Of a stretch of DNA of 64,000 nucleotides, positions 39,180 to 51,967 are shown one piece after another. The notes under the pieces are model-generated. The model saw nothing but the letters and a program-made list of their open reading frames with translations. It made no database searches and was not told the DNA's origin. Position numbers and translations under genes: made by a program. The stretch's first letter is position 1. Each line of letters starts with the position of its first letter. The DNA comes from Octopus bimaculoides (lineage: Eukaryota): NCBI RefSeq assembly GCF_001194135.2, contig NC_068988.1, positions 84,442,744 to 84,506,743 on the forward strand, given 5' to 3'.

Positions 39180-42100
39180 TCTAACTTGTAGTTCACTTCT
39201 GCAATAGTACCAAACTGGAGCTGCAGTTTCATAAAATGTTGTGGCTATTCATCAAAGTGAGAGATTGTCCAATAACTCAAAAGCATGCATCTCAAATATG
39301 CATTAATAAATTTTTTTAACTTTGTGAGTATCTGTTTAAACCTATTTTAACACTTTCAACCATTCTTTCAGCAATTCCATTTTATTTTGGAGGATATGAA
39401 GATGTTTTCATAGGTTTACATCTACTCTTATTAAGTGATATGGATGTTATTATCATAAAATTCGCAAGTGTTGTGAGACATGCTTTCTGGCTCACCATTT
39501 CTGGTAAACCCAGTTTTTAATACCTGCCTGAGTATTTCTTTATTTTTGACTCTTAATACTTCTGCTGCCTACATGCACACATATCTTAACTTTACTTTCT
39601 TGAGGCTGTGTGTGCTCTGTGAAGTAATTCTGGTTTTGTTTTAGTACGTTGGATATCTTATTGTTCCACAACTTGACAGTAGCCTGGTAGCCCTGCTACT
39701 TATTTCATTGTTATTGTTGGGAGCTACGATATACATAATCATGTGCAGTTTTTATCATCTGTATTCTGATCAATTCCGTTGCTGTTACAGTTTTTGAAAT
39801 TTTAAAATTAAGTGAAAATTTTCAAATTTGATTTAATTTTTCACACTGAATCTGATTTTGTTATTCACTTGTTCCAGAAAATTTTTAAAAAAAATGTTAC
39901 AAAGTTTAAAGTTTGGTTATTTTTACCCAGTCAGAAAACAGGATTTGGAAGCTGGCATTTTCTGTGTGTAGCTGTCTATCACATTATGATGATAAATTTT
40001 TATTAAACAAAATGAAAGCAAAACATTACAACAATGAAACTTGTAAATTACAAAAACATTATGTTATATTAGTGTAGGAATACTTCAGTTCATGTAAACT
40101 ACATTTTTTATGGCAAAAATTAAAAAATGAAAGTTTGAGATACGTTCTAGGAGTTTCTCAAACAAATTACAATTTTTGTGTCTCTTGTACCACTTGCAGA
40201 GTTGTGAGTCAACTATAGAATGATGGGTCCCACAGCATCTTTTATTCCCTTGTTTTACACAGGACTATGTGCTTTTTCCATTTGTTGTGTGTGGGTACCG
40301 TCTTGTAAATTAATAAACTTAATTCTGTGGTTCACTGCTCTGTCGAAAATTATAACCAGTCACTGAAAATTGTGGTTCCTGGAATAACTGACTGACATAT
40401 GCATTCCTCTAGTGTGTCATGATTCTGACATGGCACTGCATAAAGAAAAACATGTCTGGTCTCACAGCACACTCCTCAGAAAACCCACTGCTCAGGTAGT
40501 AAGCGTCCTTCCTCAATTGTATTTATGACTTGAGAAGACTGTTTCATCTGTCTCAACAATCTCCCCAGGACCACCTATCTGAACTGGGTTGTGGGGCAGG
40601 TCCTCTGCTCATATTTTATGAACATAGCTATTGTAATCAACAGCTGTGCAGTGGTTCATCCCCAGTTCTTCAACACAAAACCAGACTGAAGTCCATTCCT
40701 GTTAGTACTTTGTTTCATGGCACTGGCACTAGGGAAGTCACAAGTAACTTGCAAGATAAGACACCTTGGAGTGGAGGTGCAGTATTGAGGAAGGTGGCTT
40801 TGTGTTGGGTGCTGAGAGGCTAAAGTATGATAGAGGTATCTTGCTGTAGGTAGGGGTTACCTCAACAGGAAAGAAAGAAAGGGAGTGTCAAGTGCTAGAA
40901 GAATAGGGATTATTGCGATTGGCTGGGTGGGTAGGTTTGCAAGAGAGTCAAAGTAGTGTGACAGAGTTAGAGATAAAGGTGAATGCAGTAAACAGTGAAC
41001 ATGAACAGTTCATTGTCAATGGCAGTGGGTCATAAAAGAGGGGGTGATATGTGGCAATACACAAGAAAGGTGGTGGTAGAGAGCAACAGGGTAATAAAAA
41101 AATTATCATTATCATCATTATATTCATCCAAACTAAAATTATTAATAAATTCCAACCGTGATAATGCATCGACTTCTTGCATTTCAGATAAGTATATATA
41201 TTTCATACTCCAATGCTGTTATTTGTAACATGCAAATGTTACTTATTGTAAACTACAATTGGTGCCCCAAAATAAATTATCTATAATCTGAGTGCAATTG
41301 AAATATTTGGTCAAGCAGAAAATGACATGCTCTTTGAATACATTATATAAATTATAAAGTTTCCCTTTGAATAATTATCTTATTTCTGCTGTGGTTAATG
41401 TATGACTGCATTTTACTTGCATCAGTTGTTAAGGTAACTTCTTTTGTGATATCATAAACCTGGGCTACTGGTTTTGATATTGGTTTCAAATTTTGGAACA
41501 AGGCTAGCAATTTCCTGAGAGTGGGCAAGTTGATTACATCAACCACAGGTGTTCAACTGGTACTGAAAAATTGAAAGGTAAAGTTGATCTCAGCAGAATT
41601 TGAACTGAAATCTTAAACATGGATTAAATGCTGCTAAGCATTTAGCCTGGTGTTGTTAATTAGCTTGCCACCTATAATGATTTTCATATTAACAGTTATG
41701 TATCCTCAAAAGTCTTGAATTGTAAGACTCACCATGACGATGGTATACCATGTTTTAAATGATACTAAGATATGTGGTCTGAATAATAAATATCTCTCAT
41801 AAATATTTTTATCCCAATTAATAAGTCTAAGAAAAAATTCTAATTGTTTCTTGTTCTTTGGCAGTTTTGCATCCATAATTCTCATTACTAAACAATGGAT
41901 TTAGTGATAAATTTTTCTTTGTCAGTCTATATCCAAAAAAATACAATTCTTCAATCTCTAACATAGACTTAGCTCAATTGATCTCTGTGACTGATCATTC
42001 CAATCTTTATATGATAGTATCTACTTTGATATGTAGATTTTAAACATTTCTAGTAGCAATACATACTTCATCTAAATAAATAATAGCATTATAAATGTCA

Positions 42101-43000
42101 TTTCCAACAACATATTCAGTTGCTCTCTGAAACATTTGTTTTTATTCTGTATGGAAACTTGTCCATCTTAAAAGGCTCATTGGTGTATTTATTACAGCAA
42201 TTTCTCTTGCTTCAGAACAAATTTCCATCTGAGGATGTGCTACATTTAAATACAATCTATCAAAATAATTCATGCCAGAAGGAGAAGGAAATATTGATTT
42301 AGTATTCGGAGTTGGATAAGAATCTGAACAAACCCTTTCATTTACACCTATTTTATGATCTCCACATATTCTGTGGAGATCTCCATTTGCCTTTTGCACA
42401 ACTGCTAGAGAAGAGACCCATACATTTCCTCCAAGAGGACTTCTAAAAGATTGTTAATTAGTTTCCTCAACTTCATTATGATTAAAGGTTTTATGTGATT
42501 GGCAATGGTTTTGCCTCAAGATATTATGGTCTGATATTTCCTTTGAGAAGATTATTAGCCTTTAAACTTCTAAATCTCCCAAATTGTCATGGAACTGCAA
42601 TCTCATGAATTAATGTTGAACTATCAACATTCATCACTTCCATACCAATAAACCATGAATTATTTTTTTACATTCAGCAATAATGACATTCACAATATCA
42701 GTTTCCATTAAAGTGTAAAGTTTTCCGAAAATTTTGATGAGCGATTCATGTAATTCTTTAAGCTTATTAACAAGCACTTTATTAATTTTGGTTTATTCAA
42801 ATCCATCAAGAATTTCTGAGATATTACAGTTAAGCTGACTCTCAATGTCAACTTGTATCTTAACATTATTGTTATTTTTTCATGTTAGTTATTGTAATTT
42901 TTTAAATACAAATTGTATATGTAGTTGCAAATTTTTCATTTTCAATTTCCTTGACTTTTTTGTGGATTTATATAGTTTGAAAATGACTCCACCCCAACAA
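39180..43000 (-). mobile_element. Ancient fragmented Ty3/Gypsy LTR retrotransposon pol (RT-RNaseH-integrase), interrupted by younger insertions
   Basis: Minus-strand motifs occur in Gypsy order: RICGDHKIGVN..DSYPTPN..INTPMSLLRW (ORF 42142-42399), IYLDEV (42078-42067), FFGYRL, LTTDAS (41426-41415), VDALSRLEF (41170-41153) and integrase SYPPK*NGIAERMVESVKIGL (NGIAERM at 39381-39361). LTRs were not found. Confidence 0.8.
40130..40500 (-). mobile_element. Merlin (ISXO2/IS1016-like) DDE transposase fragment
   Basis: Minus translation gives DTLEECICQSVIPGTTIFSDW (PGTTIFSDW at 40390-40356) and NHRIKFINLQDGTHTQQME (40332-40276), matching the Merlin PGTTIxSD and VNHxxxFVdPxTGxHTQxIE motifs. Confidence 0.75.
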
Positions 43001-44120
43001 GTTTTACCAAATATATGCTATTTTGATAGTGCATGCTTATATATTCACAAAAGTGACATTTAGAATTGCTTTTATTGATGCAGTGGCATTATCAAAATCA
43101 CCCTTAGTTTCTATTTTTTTGTTTCATTCATCTGAAATTTAGAAATCATTTGAAGCTAGTGAATGGATTAAATTTAGGATCACCTGATTGCACATAATAT
43201 AACATTTTTACATGAAGTGAAGCTGATTGCATGCCATTTGTGAGTCTTATTTTAATCATATCACCTTCTGTAATTTAGTTCCAGGTTTTTCATATTCACA
43301 AAATGAGCTTAGGTAATCTCTGAAAATCACTTTGAATTGGTGGCATCAGATTTTGATGCTGTGACACAGATCGTCCCCTTCCAGCAATTTTTAATTTCTC
43401 CAGGAAATTGAACAATGGCATTGCAGATTTTATACTGCTAAATTTGTTATTTCAAATTTAAGTTGTTTTTTTTTACCACTACAGGAACTTTTTTGTACGA
43501 TATTATTATTGTTATTCATTGTTAGCATCCAAGAGCTCATAACCAAGTGCTTCAATGAGTGTGGACAGTACTCCACTACCAGTATGACCATGATATGTAA
43601 TAAACGTTTATATGTACATTTTTAGCCAAATAGGCCTACATGTCTAAGGGTTCAAGCACTGTAAATAAAAATGATACAAGGTAGAGGAGACACTTAAGAA
43701 GTGATTCTGTTGGTCCCGGTTAATGTAATTAATCCTCTCGCACATCACAGAGACAATCTGTTGTTTCCAGTGGTCCCTACTGTTTATATTACCATTGCTC
43801 ATTGCCCTTATCCACTCTTCTGTCTGTCAGTTACCATCTCTCTATGTGTCCTTTTTCTGCTTGCTGCGTTATAGTGATGGTATAGTTAATGAAGGCACAG
43901 CATTAACCACATATTACTTTTATGTTTAGTTTATGAAAGCAGAATCCATTACTACATATCCCCAATTCTTACTGCAGTCATCATTTTTTCTCCCAAGCCA
44001 ATGAAATGTGAATGTGAGATGTCCTCTGTCTTGGAAGGCAGTAATTCAGGATAAGATCTGATTTGGGCCACAATGACCTGTTCAACTTGTGAAAAGTGGA
44101 CATAAAATGATGATTATATG

Positions 44121-44167
<47 letters not shown>

Positions 44168-44496
44168 ATCATCATCATCATTGTTTAATGTCCGCCTTCC
44201 ATGCTAGCATGGGTGGGATGGTTTCACATGGATGTGACTGTTTTGGCAGGATTTTTACAGTTGGATGCCCTTCCGAACACCAATCACTCTACAGTGTGGA
44301 CTGGGTGCTTTTAAGTGGCACCTGCTCTGACAGGGTCACCAAGTACTTGCAAGACAAAATAAAAAAAAAGAACTTTCAAGAGGGGAGGGGACATTGGAAG
44401 AGGTGATCTTGTGTCGGATGATGAAAGGTTGTAGTGAGACAAAGAGACAGAAATAGGTGTCTTGTTGTAGAGGAAGTACAAGGTTACCTGGCCGGG

Positions 44497-44550
<54 letters not shown>

Positions 44551-45500
44551 AGGAATGAAGACAAGTGCGCTACTGCAAAGGAAATACATGGTTACCCAAC
44601 CTGAGGGAACTGCTGGAGAAAGAGAGAGAGTGGGAGATAGCAGGATAGAGATGGTGGCAAAATGCCGGGCATACTCACCAGGGATGGGGATCAGAATATA
44701 AATGGGATGGTTGAGTAAAGGAAGAGAGAGATATAGATGGTGGTAAGTGCCAGGGCATACCTTGAGGTTTGAACCCATAATATAAGTGGCAGGATATCAC
44801 AAAGAAGTGTGATTAAAGAGTGTGGAGTGGGGTGAGTGGCAAAAACCTAGGTATATATAGAGTTGGGGGTGGTGATGGCTACCAAATAGCATTGATACAG
44901 AGGAACTGGGCTGTGAGGAGAGGATTGGTGAGAGCAAGGGATAGTGTATGGAGGAGGAAATGTCAGAAAGAGAAGAAATGTGGAGATGTAGATTGATTTG
45001 TTGGGGTAAGGTGATTGAAAGTTTTCTTGTTATGTTGGGGTGGAACACACAGGTCGGGTGGGGAGTGGGGGCTAGCAGATAGCAATAATACAGTGAGACA
45101 GGGTGTTTGGGTGAAACACACAAGCTGGGGGGGGGGGGACTAACAGAGAGCAATGATATAGTGGCACAGGGCCAAGAGGACAGGATTGGGGAGTAGGAGG
45201 TAAGCATAGTGCATGAAGCAGAAATGTAAGGAAGAGAAGAGATGTAGTTTAGTTTGTTGTGGTAGAGTGTGTGAGAAGTTTTCCTGTTAAGTGTGGGTGG
45301 GACACACAATGCTTCTAGAACTCAGTTTCGCTGATGTGGGCGGGTCTTCTCTAGAACTTCATATTACAAGACATCTAGGTCCATTGTCATTTCCTCTGTG
45401 AGGCCCAACATCCTGAGATCAGTCTTTACCATTTTATCCTGCATCTTCCTGGATCTCCCTCTTCTGCAGGTACCATCCACTTTTGGTGATTGGCACATGT
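44121..45500 (-). mobile_element. 5'-truncated RTE LINE with ORF C-terminus and ~1.2-kb 3' UTR
   Basis: Minus 45490-45345 translates as VDGTCRRGRSRKMQDKMVKTDLRMLGLTEEMTMDLDVL*YEVLEK (RTE GxRxRGRPR motif). The long UTR contains an internal diverged ~230-bp duplication. The tail is CCATGCTAGCATGGAAGGCGGACATTAAACA-(GAT/GCT)n. Confidence 0.8.
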
Positions 45501-48500
45501 ACTTATACATTTTCTATTTTGAATATACCATCATTTCAAATCTTACGACTTTCTGCCTCATCCAAGAATTGAATCCACAACCCTATAATAATGAGCTTAA
45601 CACCTTAATCATTAGGCCACTTGCGTTCACAAGCTGGCACATACACACATGCATGCATGCACATACATGCGGTGAGCTTTCATATAATTTCTATCTACTG
45701 AATTTCACTCAAAGCATTCGTCAACATGAGGTTATACTAGAAGTTACTGGTTGAAGGTACCATATAGTGGGAATGAACCTAAAACTATGTGGTTGTGATG
45801 TGAATTTCTTAACCACACAGCCATACCTGTACCTATATATGTATATAAATGTAAGTATGTATTATGTGTGTATGCATGTGTCTGTGTATGTATGTATGTA
45901 TATATATATATGTACTTACATGTATATATATACACATCTGTATACATGTAGCAGTATGCTTGTATAGTTTTATGTGTATGTATGTGTATATTTATGTATA
46001 TGTGTGTAAATATATGTATGAACTAACATGTTTTGTTAAATTAGTTTCATTTCAAATCTTTAAACAGTTAAGGATAATTTTTTACTAGTGGCTTGTGGAA
46101 ATTTGTCAAAAAGATATTTCTCAAGCCCCAAGGAGCTTTTAAAGTCAGTTGCTTATCTCTAGTTTTATTTCATGGCTGTAAGTAGATGAAAGGTAAATTC
46201 TTTCTTGTATAGGATGGTAGATGCTGTGTTATCTCATCTTAACAGATAGGTAGAATGTATCGCAGGTAATTCCCAATCCCCAAGAGACTGTTATGGAATT
46301 GTGCTTTATTCTTCTTTTATAGAATAGAGTAAATGAAATACAAATCTGACCCTAGATAGCACATATTCTATTGCATGTAATATTCCCAGGTAATCTCAGT
46401 ACCTGTTCTCAACTACTAGGTCAAGTGAAGTTTGCAGAATTGACTGCCAAAAGTATACAATGGAATGCTTGAGGTTGGTCTGGTGTGAAGTCACAAACTT
46501 TGGAGTTGATATAATTGAGTGCAGGCTAATATACTTCTTGTAATGAGCAAAAAATCATTTTTAAGAAGAAAAGTCATTGTTAATGATAGTCTTTGTCAAA
46601 CTAAATTGAGGATGTAGTTATAATGACAGTTTTGGACATATTGTGCTTTATTTATACCTCACCGTTGAAGCACTGTAACATTACTGGCTGTTGGTACAAA
46701 TTTTAGTGCATATAGTTGTATTCTCTGATTAGGTAATTGAAAATTGTGGACATTGGAGTCAGTAGTTCACTACAATGTCTACTTGGCTGTCTTTGTAATT
46801 TATCAATAAAACTGCATTAGAAGAAATATTTGACCCAATATTAATCCAAATGTTAAAGAATGAAAAGAAAAAAAAAATGTTTGCTCTGTTGTTAGTATTT
46901 TCGATTACTATTTTATCCACCAATTTCTGAAAGAAATTGTCTTGCTATGTGTTCTAAGTATTTATAATGTATTCCTACAAAGTTGTGGTCAGTATTTGAA
47001 TGTATTAACCACATAAGTAGAGAAATATTTTAACTATTATAGCCACTGATGTCTGAAAAGAATTGTGTTGTGTGAATGTATTTCTCTACATATGTGGTCA
47101 ATATTGGAATATATTTTATACAATTAAACTATCAAAATCACCAACATCTTAAGTCAGCTAGGGAGCCTATATACTTGGTTGCTTGACCTGCTAGAAAGAG
47201 TTGCCAAATTTCCCTACATCACACCCATACCATCTTAAAAAATTGTAAGGATACATTGGATAATTTTGTCTTAGAAATACAAAACAATGGGATGGTCACA
47301 ACTGAGTTAGGTTTGAATAATAAGCAATCACTATCATCTACATCTGATAACAATGCGTTGTGTGTATGGGTATACTTCTCGATGTTTAGTAAATATCTGA
47401 ATATTTTATAACATTTTAGGTAATAAACCCTTATGGCCAACAATATCTGAATGATATTGTGTTGCCATGTGTGTGAATAGGTTTTGCCGATATGTGGTAT
47501 ATATTAGAATATTTTATACTATAAACACTTAAAGCCAGCCAGCAATGTCTGAATGATATTGTTACTATGTACTTAGTTTTATTTGATTTGATTTGTTTTT
47601 GTATCACTGATTGGTCACATAGCAAATATCCAAATTGAGTTGCTAAAAACGTAAAATTTTGAAAAATGAAAGAAAATAAGTAATTTTTTGTTTACTTATA
47701 AATCTTTAATAAAAATTTTATATTCTGTTTTGTAAATCTTTTATAACGATTTTCATTTATCTTGATTCAATTTTTTTTAGTTACTAGAACAGATACTTAA
47801 AGAAGCAATCAAGCAAACAAACAGATTAAAAACAGAGGCACAAATTTTTTTTTTTTTTTTGTAATTGGATAAGTTGGATGGGTTGGGCATTATGGTAGTG
47901 GTGCATATTCAGCTTCAACTTAGACATTATTTAAAGTGACTCGATGACAATTTCTTTCAATATGGGTGACGTAATAACTCAGGTCAACATCTTGTGTTCC
48001 TATCAGTGAATGGCAATTAATTAACTAAAGCATCAGTAATTAATCTAATGATATCAAAGATTATATTCCTACACAAAATGTACTTCTGAATTCTGTTATT
48101 GAAAGCAGCTTATACAATGCCATTGTTCTCTTTGTAAATAATTATACAGTGATGTAAGCTCTGTTTCTTCATCTTATTGCTGTCATAGTTTAGCTATGCT
48201 GTTGAGTAGTAGTTGCATGGTCTCTGGTGAGGCTATTAGGCTGATGATAAAATTGCAGGTTTGTTTCCTGATTTGGATGGCACATTGCATCTTTGAGCAA
48301 GACACTTCATTTCATGTTGCTCTAGTCTGTCGTCGTCATCATCACGTAATGTCCATTTTCTGTGTTGGCATGGGTTGGACGGTTTGACTGGTAAGCTGGG
48401 GAGCTGCACCAGGTTGCAATCCTTTCTCTCTCTCTGTCACATTTCTTGATTTCTGCTGGGACAAGAAGTGGAAAGGTTGAGAGAATGTCTGCTTGCACCT

Positions 48501-49339
48501 GAAACAATTACCAGAAGCATGATACACACTATCAGGTCATACTCACTTGTGATTGATGGCTATGGCTAAAAACTTCACTTAAAGATTTAATTTTTATGGA
48601 GTAAGAATTGCAGATTGGCAGAATTGTTAGAGTGTATTTGTCCCAATTCTTTATATTCCGAATTCAGTTCCACTGAGATCGTTTTTACTTTTCATCCATC
48701 TGGGGTTGAGAAAGTAAAATACCTGTCATATACTAGAATCAGTATAATTGACTAACTCCCACTCCTCAAAACTGCAGGCCTCATGCCTGTTTTAGAAACA
48801 AAATGTTTATAGAATGTATCTTGTGAATATTACTTCTGCCTTCTACAAAATACACTTCAATGCTTTGTCTTCTTGGAATGTATTTTGAGCAAATCAGTTA
48901 GGTCTGGTGATATAAAATTAAATGAACAGGGTACTACATGTTAATAAAATAGTTGTCAGTTGTATAGTGCCAGTAACCTGTAAACTACAGCCAAATGGGT
49001 TGTATTTATCAAGGTGCTCTAGACTAGCCAGAGTTAAATGTCTTGGCCCAAGGTCACTCGCAGTATCAGTAGGAGAATATAGATTGTTCAACTGCCAGCC
49101 TTGGCATCCTTTTTTTTTTATTTATTATTATTATTATTATATATAGCTGCTTGTTTTCAATATACCTCACAAAATAATTGTAAGTGGAAAAAAAAAAAAA
49201 AAGGCATCAGAAGGGCGATGCATACCCTGCGCACAGATCCTTTTTTTTTTTTTTGGTATCACCATTATAAGTATTTATACTNNNNNNNNNNTAGCTGCTT
49301 GTTTTCAATATACCTCACAAAATAATTGTAAGTGGAAAA

Positions 49340-49720
49340 AAAAAAAAAAAGGCATCAGAAGGGCGATGCATACCCTGCGCACAGATCCTTTTTTTTTTTT
49401 TTGGTATCACCATTATAAGTATTTATACTCCAGCGAAATTAAGAAATCAACTCGTAAATAAACGAAACCCTCGAATCCATCACTGAGCATGTGTGCGCGT
49501 GCACACACACACACACACACAGTCGCATATCTATGTATGTATTTATCTATGTTTGAAGATAATCAAACCAAATTTTCATCATTTCAAACTGCTCACCCAA
49601 TGAATATTTTTGCCAAATTTGGTGAAAATCTGTTCAGCTGTTTCCCAGTAATTTTGCAAACACACAGACAAAGATGAGTGATTACAATACCCTGCTTTCA
49701 CTTATGCATGCAGGGTAATT
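49340..49720 (+). mobile_element. Non-autonomous Helentron/HINE-like element
   Basis: TACCCTGC occurs near the 5' end (49371-49378) and again at 49688-49695, forming a 3' stem with GCAGGGTA (49710-49717). There is an internal (CA)n and a GCCAAATTTGGTGAAAATCTGTTCAG core, the architecture of DINE-1/HINE-type elements. Confidence 0.55.
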
Positions 49721-50167
49721 ATTGTTTTCACATATTGTAATATGATTAACAAAAGAAGAAATTTAAGATATTGAAAGTGAAGACAGTCATATGAAATGTA
49801 TATTCACTTGTTTTACCATTATTTCCTTTATACAATGAAATTTGTTGGGACAATAAGCATGAAATAGTATAGGAATGTAAATGTAAAACATAGTTTTAGT
49901 TCAACTGTAAACAATATACAATTGAATGACAAGCTTCCTGTCTGTGTCTACTAGTGATATGCACATGTGATATGAACAGGATGAGTGACGCTTGGTGAAA
50001 AAAAAAGCGGCATGTTTACAGTGGAAGGTATTAACTGCTAAAGAAGGCCAAGGAAAATATTGGAAGAGGTGGTAATGTTGAATTTCAAAATATTAAGATG
50101 ATACTGGATGGACAGGAGTGGCACTATGTTGCAGTGTAGACTTGCCCAACCTGTTCCAACAGGGCAG

Positions 50168-50204
<37 letters not shown>

Positions 50205-50385
50205 ATTGGTAGAACATACCTGTGGTATTTAGTTATCTTTATTTTCTGAGTCAACTTAGTCATTCATCCTTCTAAGGTCAATGAAACAAGTGGCACAAAA
50301 GCACTGGCAATGATATAATCCACTATACCATTCAAAGCTGTGCCCAACATGCTTGCAGTCCAATGATTAAAGCCAGTATTCATTA

Positions 50386-50484
50386 TTACATTTGACGGAT
50401 ATTTGTCACCATCTTCTTTGTTGGTAACAACAAACAAAATGTGTGTTAACAAACAAGACAAGGGCAAATATCCGTCAAATGTAA
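50386..50484. repeat. Perfect 20-bp inverted repeat with 59-nt spacer
   Basis: TTACATTTGACGGATATTTG (50386-50405) and CAAATATCCGTCAAATGTAA (50465-50484). Confidence 0.9.
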
Positions 50485-51089
50485 ATAACGTATATAGTTC
50501 CTTAAATATAGAACTGAAAACCAGTATTGTGTGTGTCTGTGTATATATGTGTGTCTGTTAGTGATAGGAATAAATAGTCTCCGGATAAAAAAAGAGTATT
50601 ACTTTGTATAAGTGTTTAGTAAAGGCTTCAACAAAATAGAAAAAAATTCAGATTTCAGAGTGATATATAACTATATAAAAAAGGTTTTAATGGATTGACT
50701 TATGAAAAATTAGTATACACATTGAAATAGATACACATATTCTATATATCCTTTCCTGGACATGGATTCATCTTTCTAGTGTAAATGTGCATTTATAATT
50801 ACGCATATATATCTCCCTTTTATCAACAGGTGATAATGATCAAAATGCAAGCATCACATTTTAAAATCATCAGACTCTAAGAAGACTTGCCAAAAATTTG
50901 AGAAAACTAAAATATAAATTACCATTCTATATTGCTTCCTGAAGAAGGAGGGATATGTATGTATAGTTTTATACATATTTAGGTAAAGGATATATAGAAT
51001 ATGTATGTTTTAATGTAGGTATCTGGGCTTATTTTTCACACCATTCTCTTTATGCTAAAAATCACAATTACAAATTCTTCGTAGGAAAC

Positions 51090-51440
51090 AATGTTTGGTT
51101 AGGAGGAATAGACATAATGGTGGCAGAGAAATGGATAAAAGAATTGAAATCATGATGTAATTAAGCTAAGGCTAGTTCTAGGTAAAGCAACTGCAACTAT
51201 TATTTCTGTTTACACAATGCAGTTGGGACTGAATGTTGAACAGAAGATCCGTTTTTATGCGGATCTCTTGTGAACCTCCTCAGTAACAAATGATAGCATT
51301 ATCATTATCTTGGTTGGTGACTTCAATAGACAAATTGGGCTGCATCATTTGGTTATTCTGGAATTCAAGGCACATTATGGATATAGTGAGGAATGAAGAA
51401 AGAAAAAGACTTCTGGAGTTTGGCATTTTAAATGATAGCC
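51090..51440 (+). mobile_element. Decayed RTE LINE AP-endonuclease fragment
   Basis: Translation gives GGIDIMVAEKW, LRLVLGKATATIISVY, QKIRFYADL, IILVGDFNRQIG (GDFN at 51316-51327) and RNEERKRLLEF. Confidence 0.75.
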
Positions 51441-51692
51441 ACTAGATTCCCTACTACTGAGGATTGAGGCAAACATGAAAGTGGAGTAGACTTCATTTTC
51501 ATTAGGAAACAAGAAAAACAAATGATTGTGAAACCAAGTCTTTCCTTAGAGAACAATGTACTGGTAGAGTAGTGATTAGTGACTTCTTGGTGACATGAAA
51601 GGCATCTGGCCCTAGAAAATTTGCATCAATAAACACTGCTTAACCTATGCAAGCATGGAAAAGTGAATGTTAAAATGATGTTAAAAAAACTG

Positions 51693-51737
<45 letters not shown>

Positions 51738-51864
51738 GACAACATACCATCACTTTATAGTGTTACTTACTGTATAAATCTCTCTGAGAGATTTAGAAAT
51801 GTATTATTTCTATTTTCGAAATAAGTGAATGTATTTCACTTGAATTATATGTTTACAGAGGCAC

Positions 51865-51967
51865 ATAAGCATCGACAGCTAGCAAGCCATGCCACTCCAG
51901 ACTGATGATGAGCAATGACTCTGAAACTAGTCTCTGGATGCTGGCTTTGCTGGGTGGAGGTGCTTAT
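51865..51967 (+). ncRNA. Type I hammerhead ribozyme candidate with palindromic helix III and extended helix I
   Basis: Helix I is TCCAGA (51896-51901) / TCTGGA (51933-51938). The core is CTGATGA (51902-51908), stem II is GAG/CTC, followed by GAAA (51923-51926). Helix III is the palindrome ACTAGT (51926-51931) and the cleavage triplet is GTC (51930-51932). Helix I extends through AGCAAGCCA/TGGCTTTGCT and ATAAGCATC/GGTGCTTAT. Confidence 0.75.

Noticed and set aside
44089-44406. Poly-His/poly-Gln ORF
   Set aside because: It is the reverse complement of an RTE (GAT/GCT)n tail.
49144-49429. Apparent ~138-bp direct repeat
   Set aside because: The copies are identical apart from homopolymer length and are separated by a 10-N gap, so this is an assembly artefact.
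51905-51924. C-box (ATGATGA) and D-box (CTGA) of a C/D snoRNA
   Set aside because: Only 9 nt separate the boxes, and the hammerhead fold explains the sequence better.
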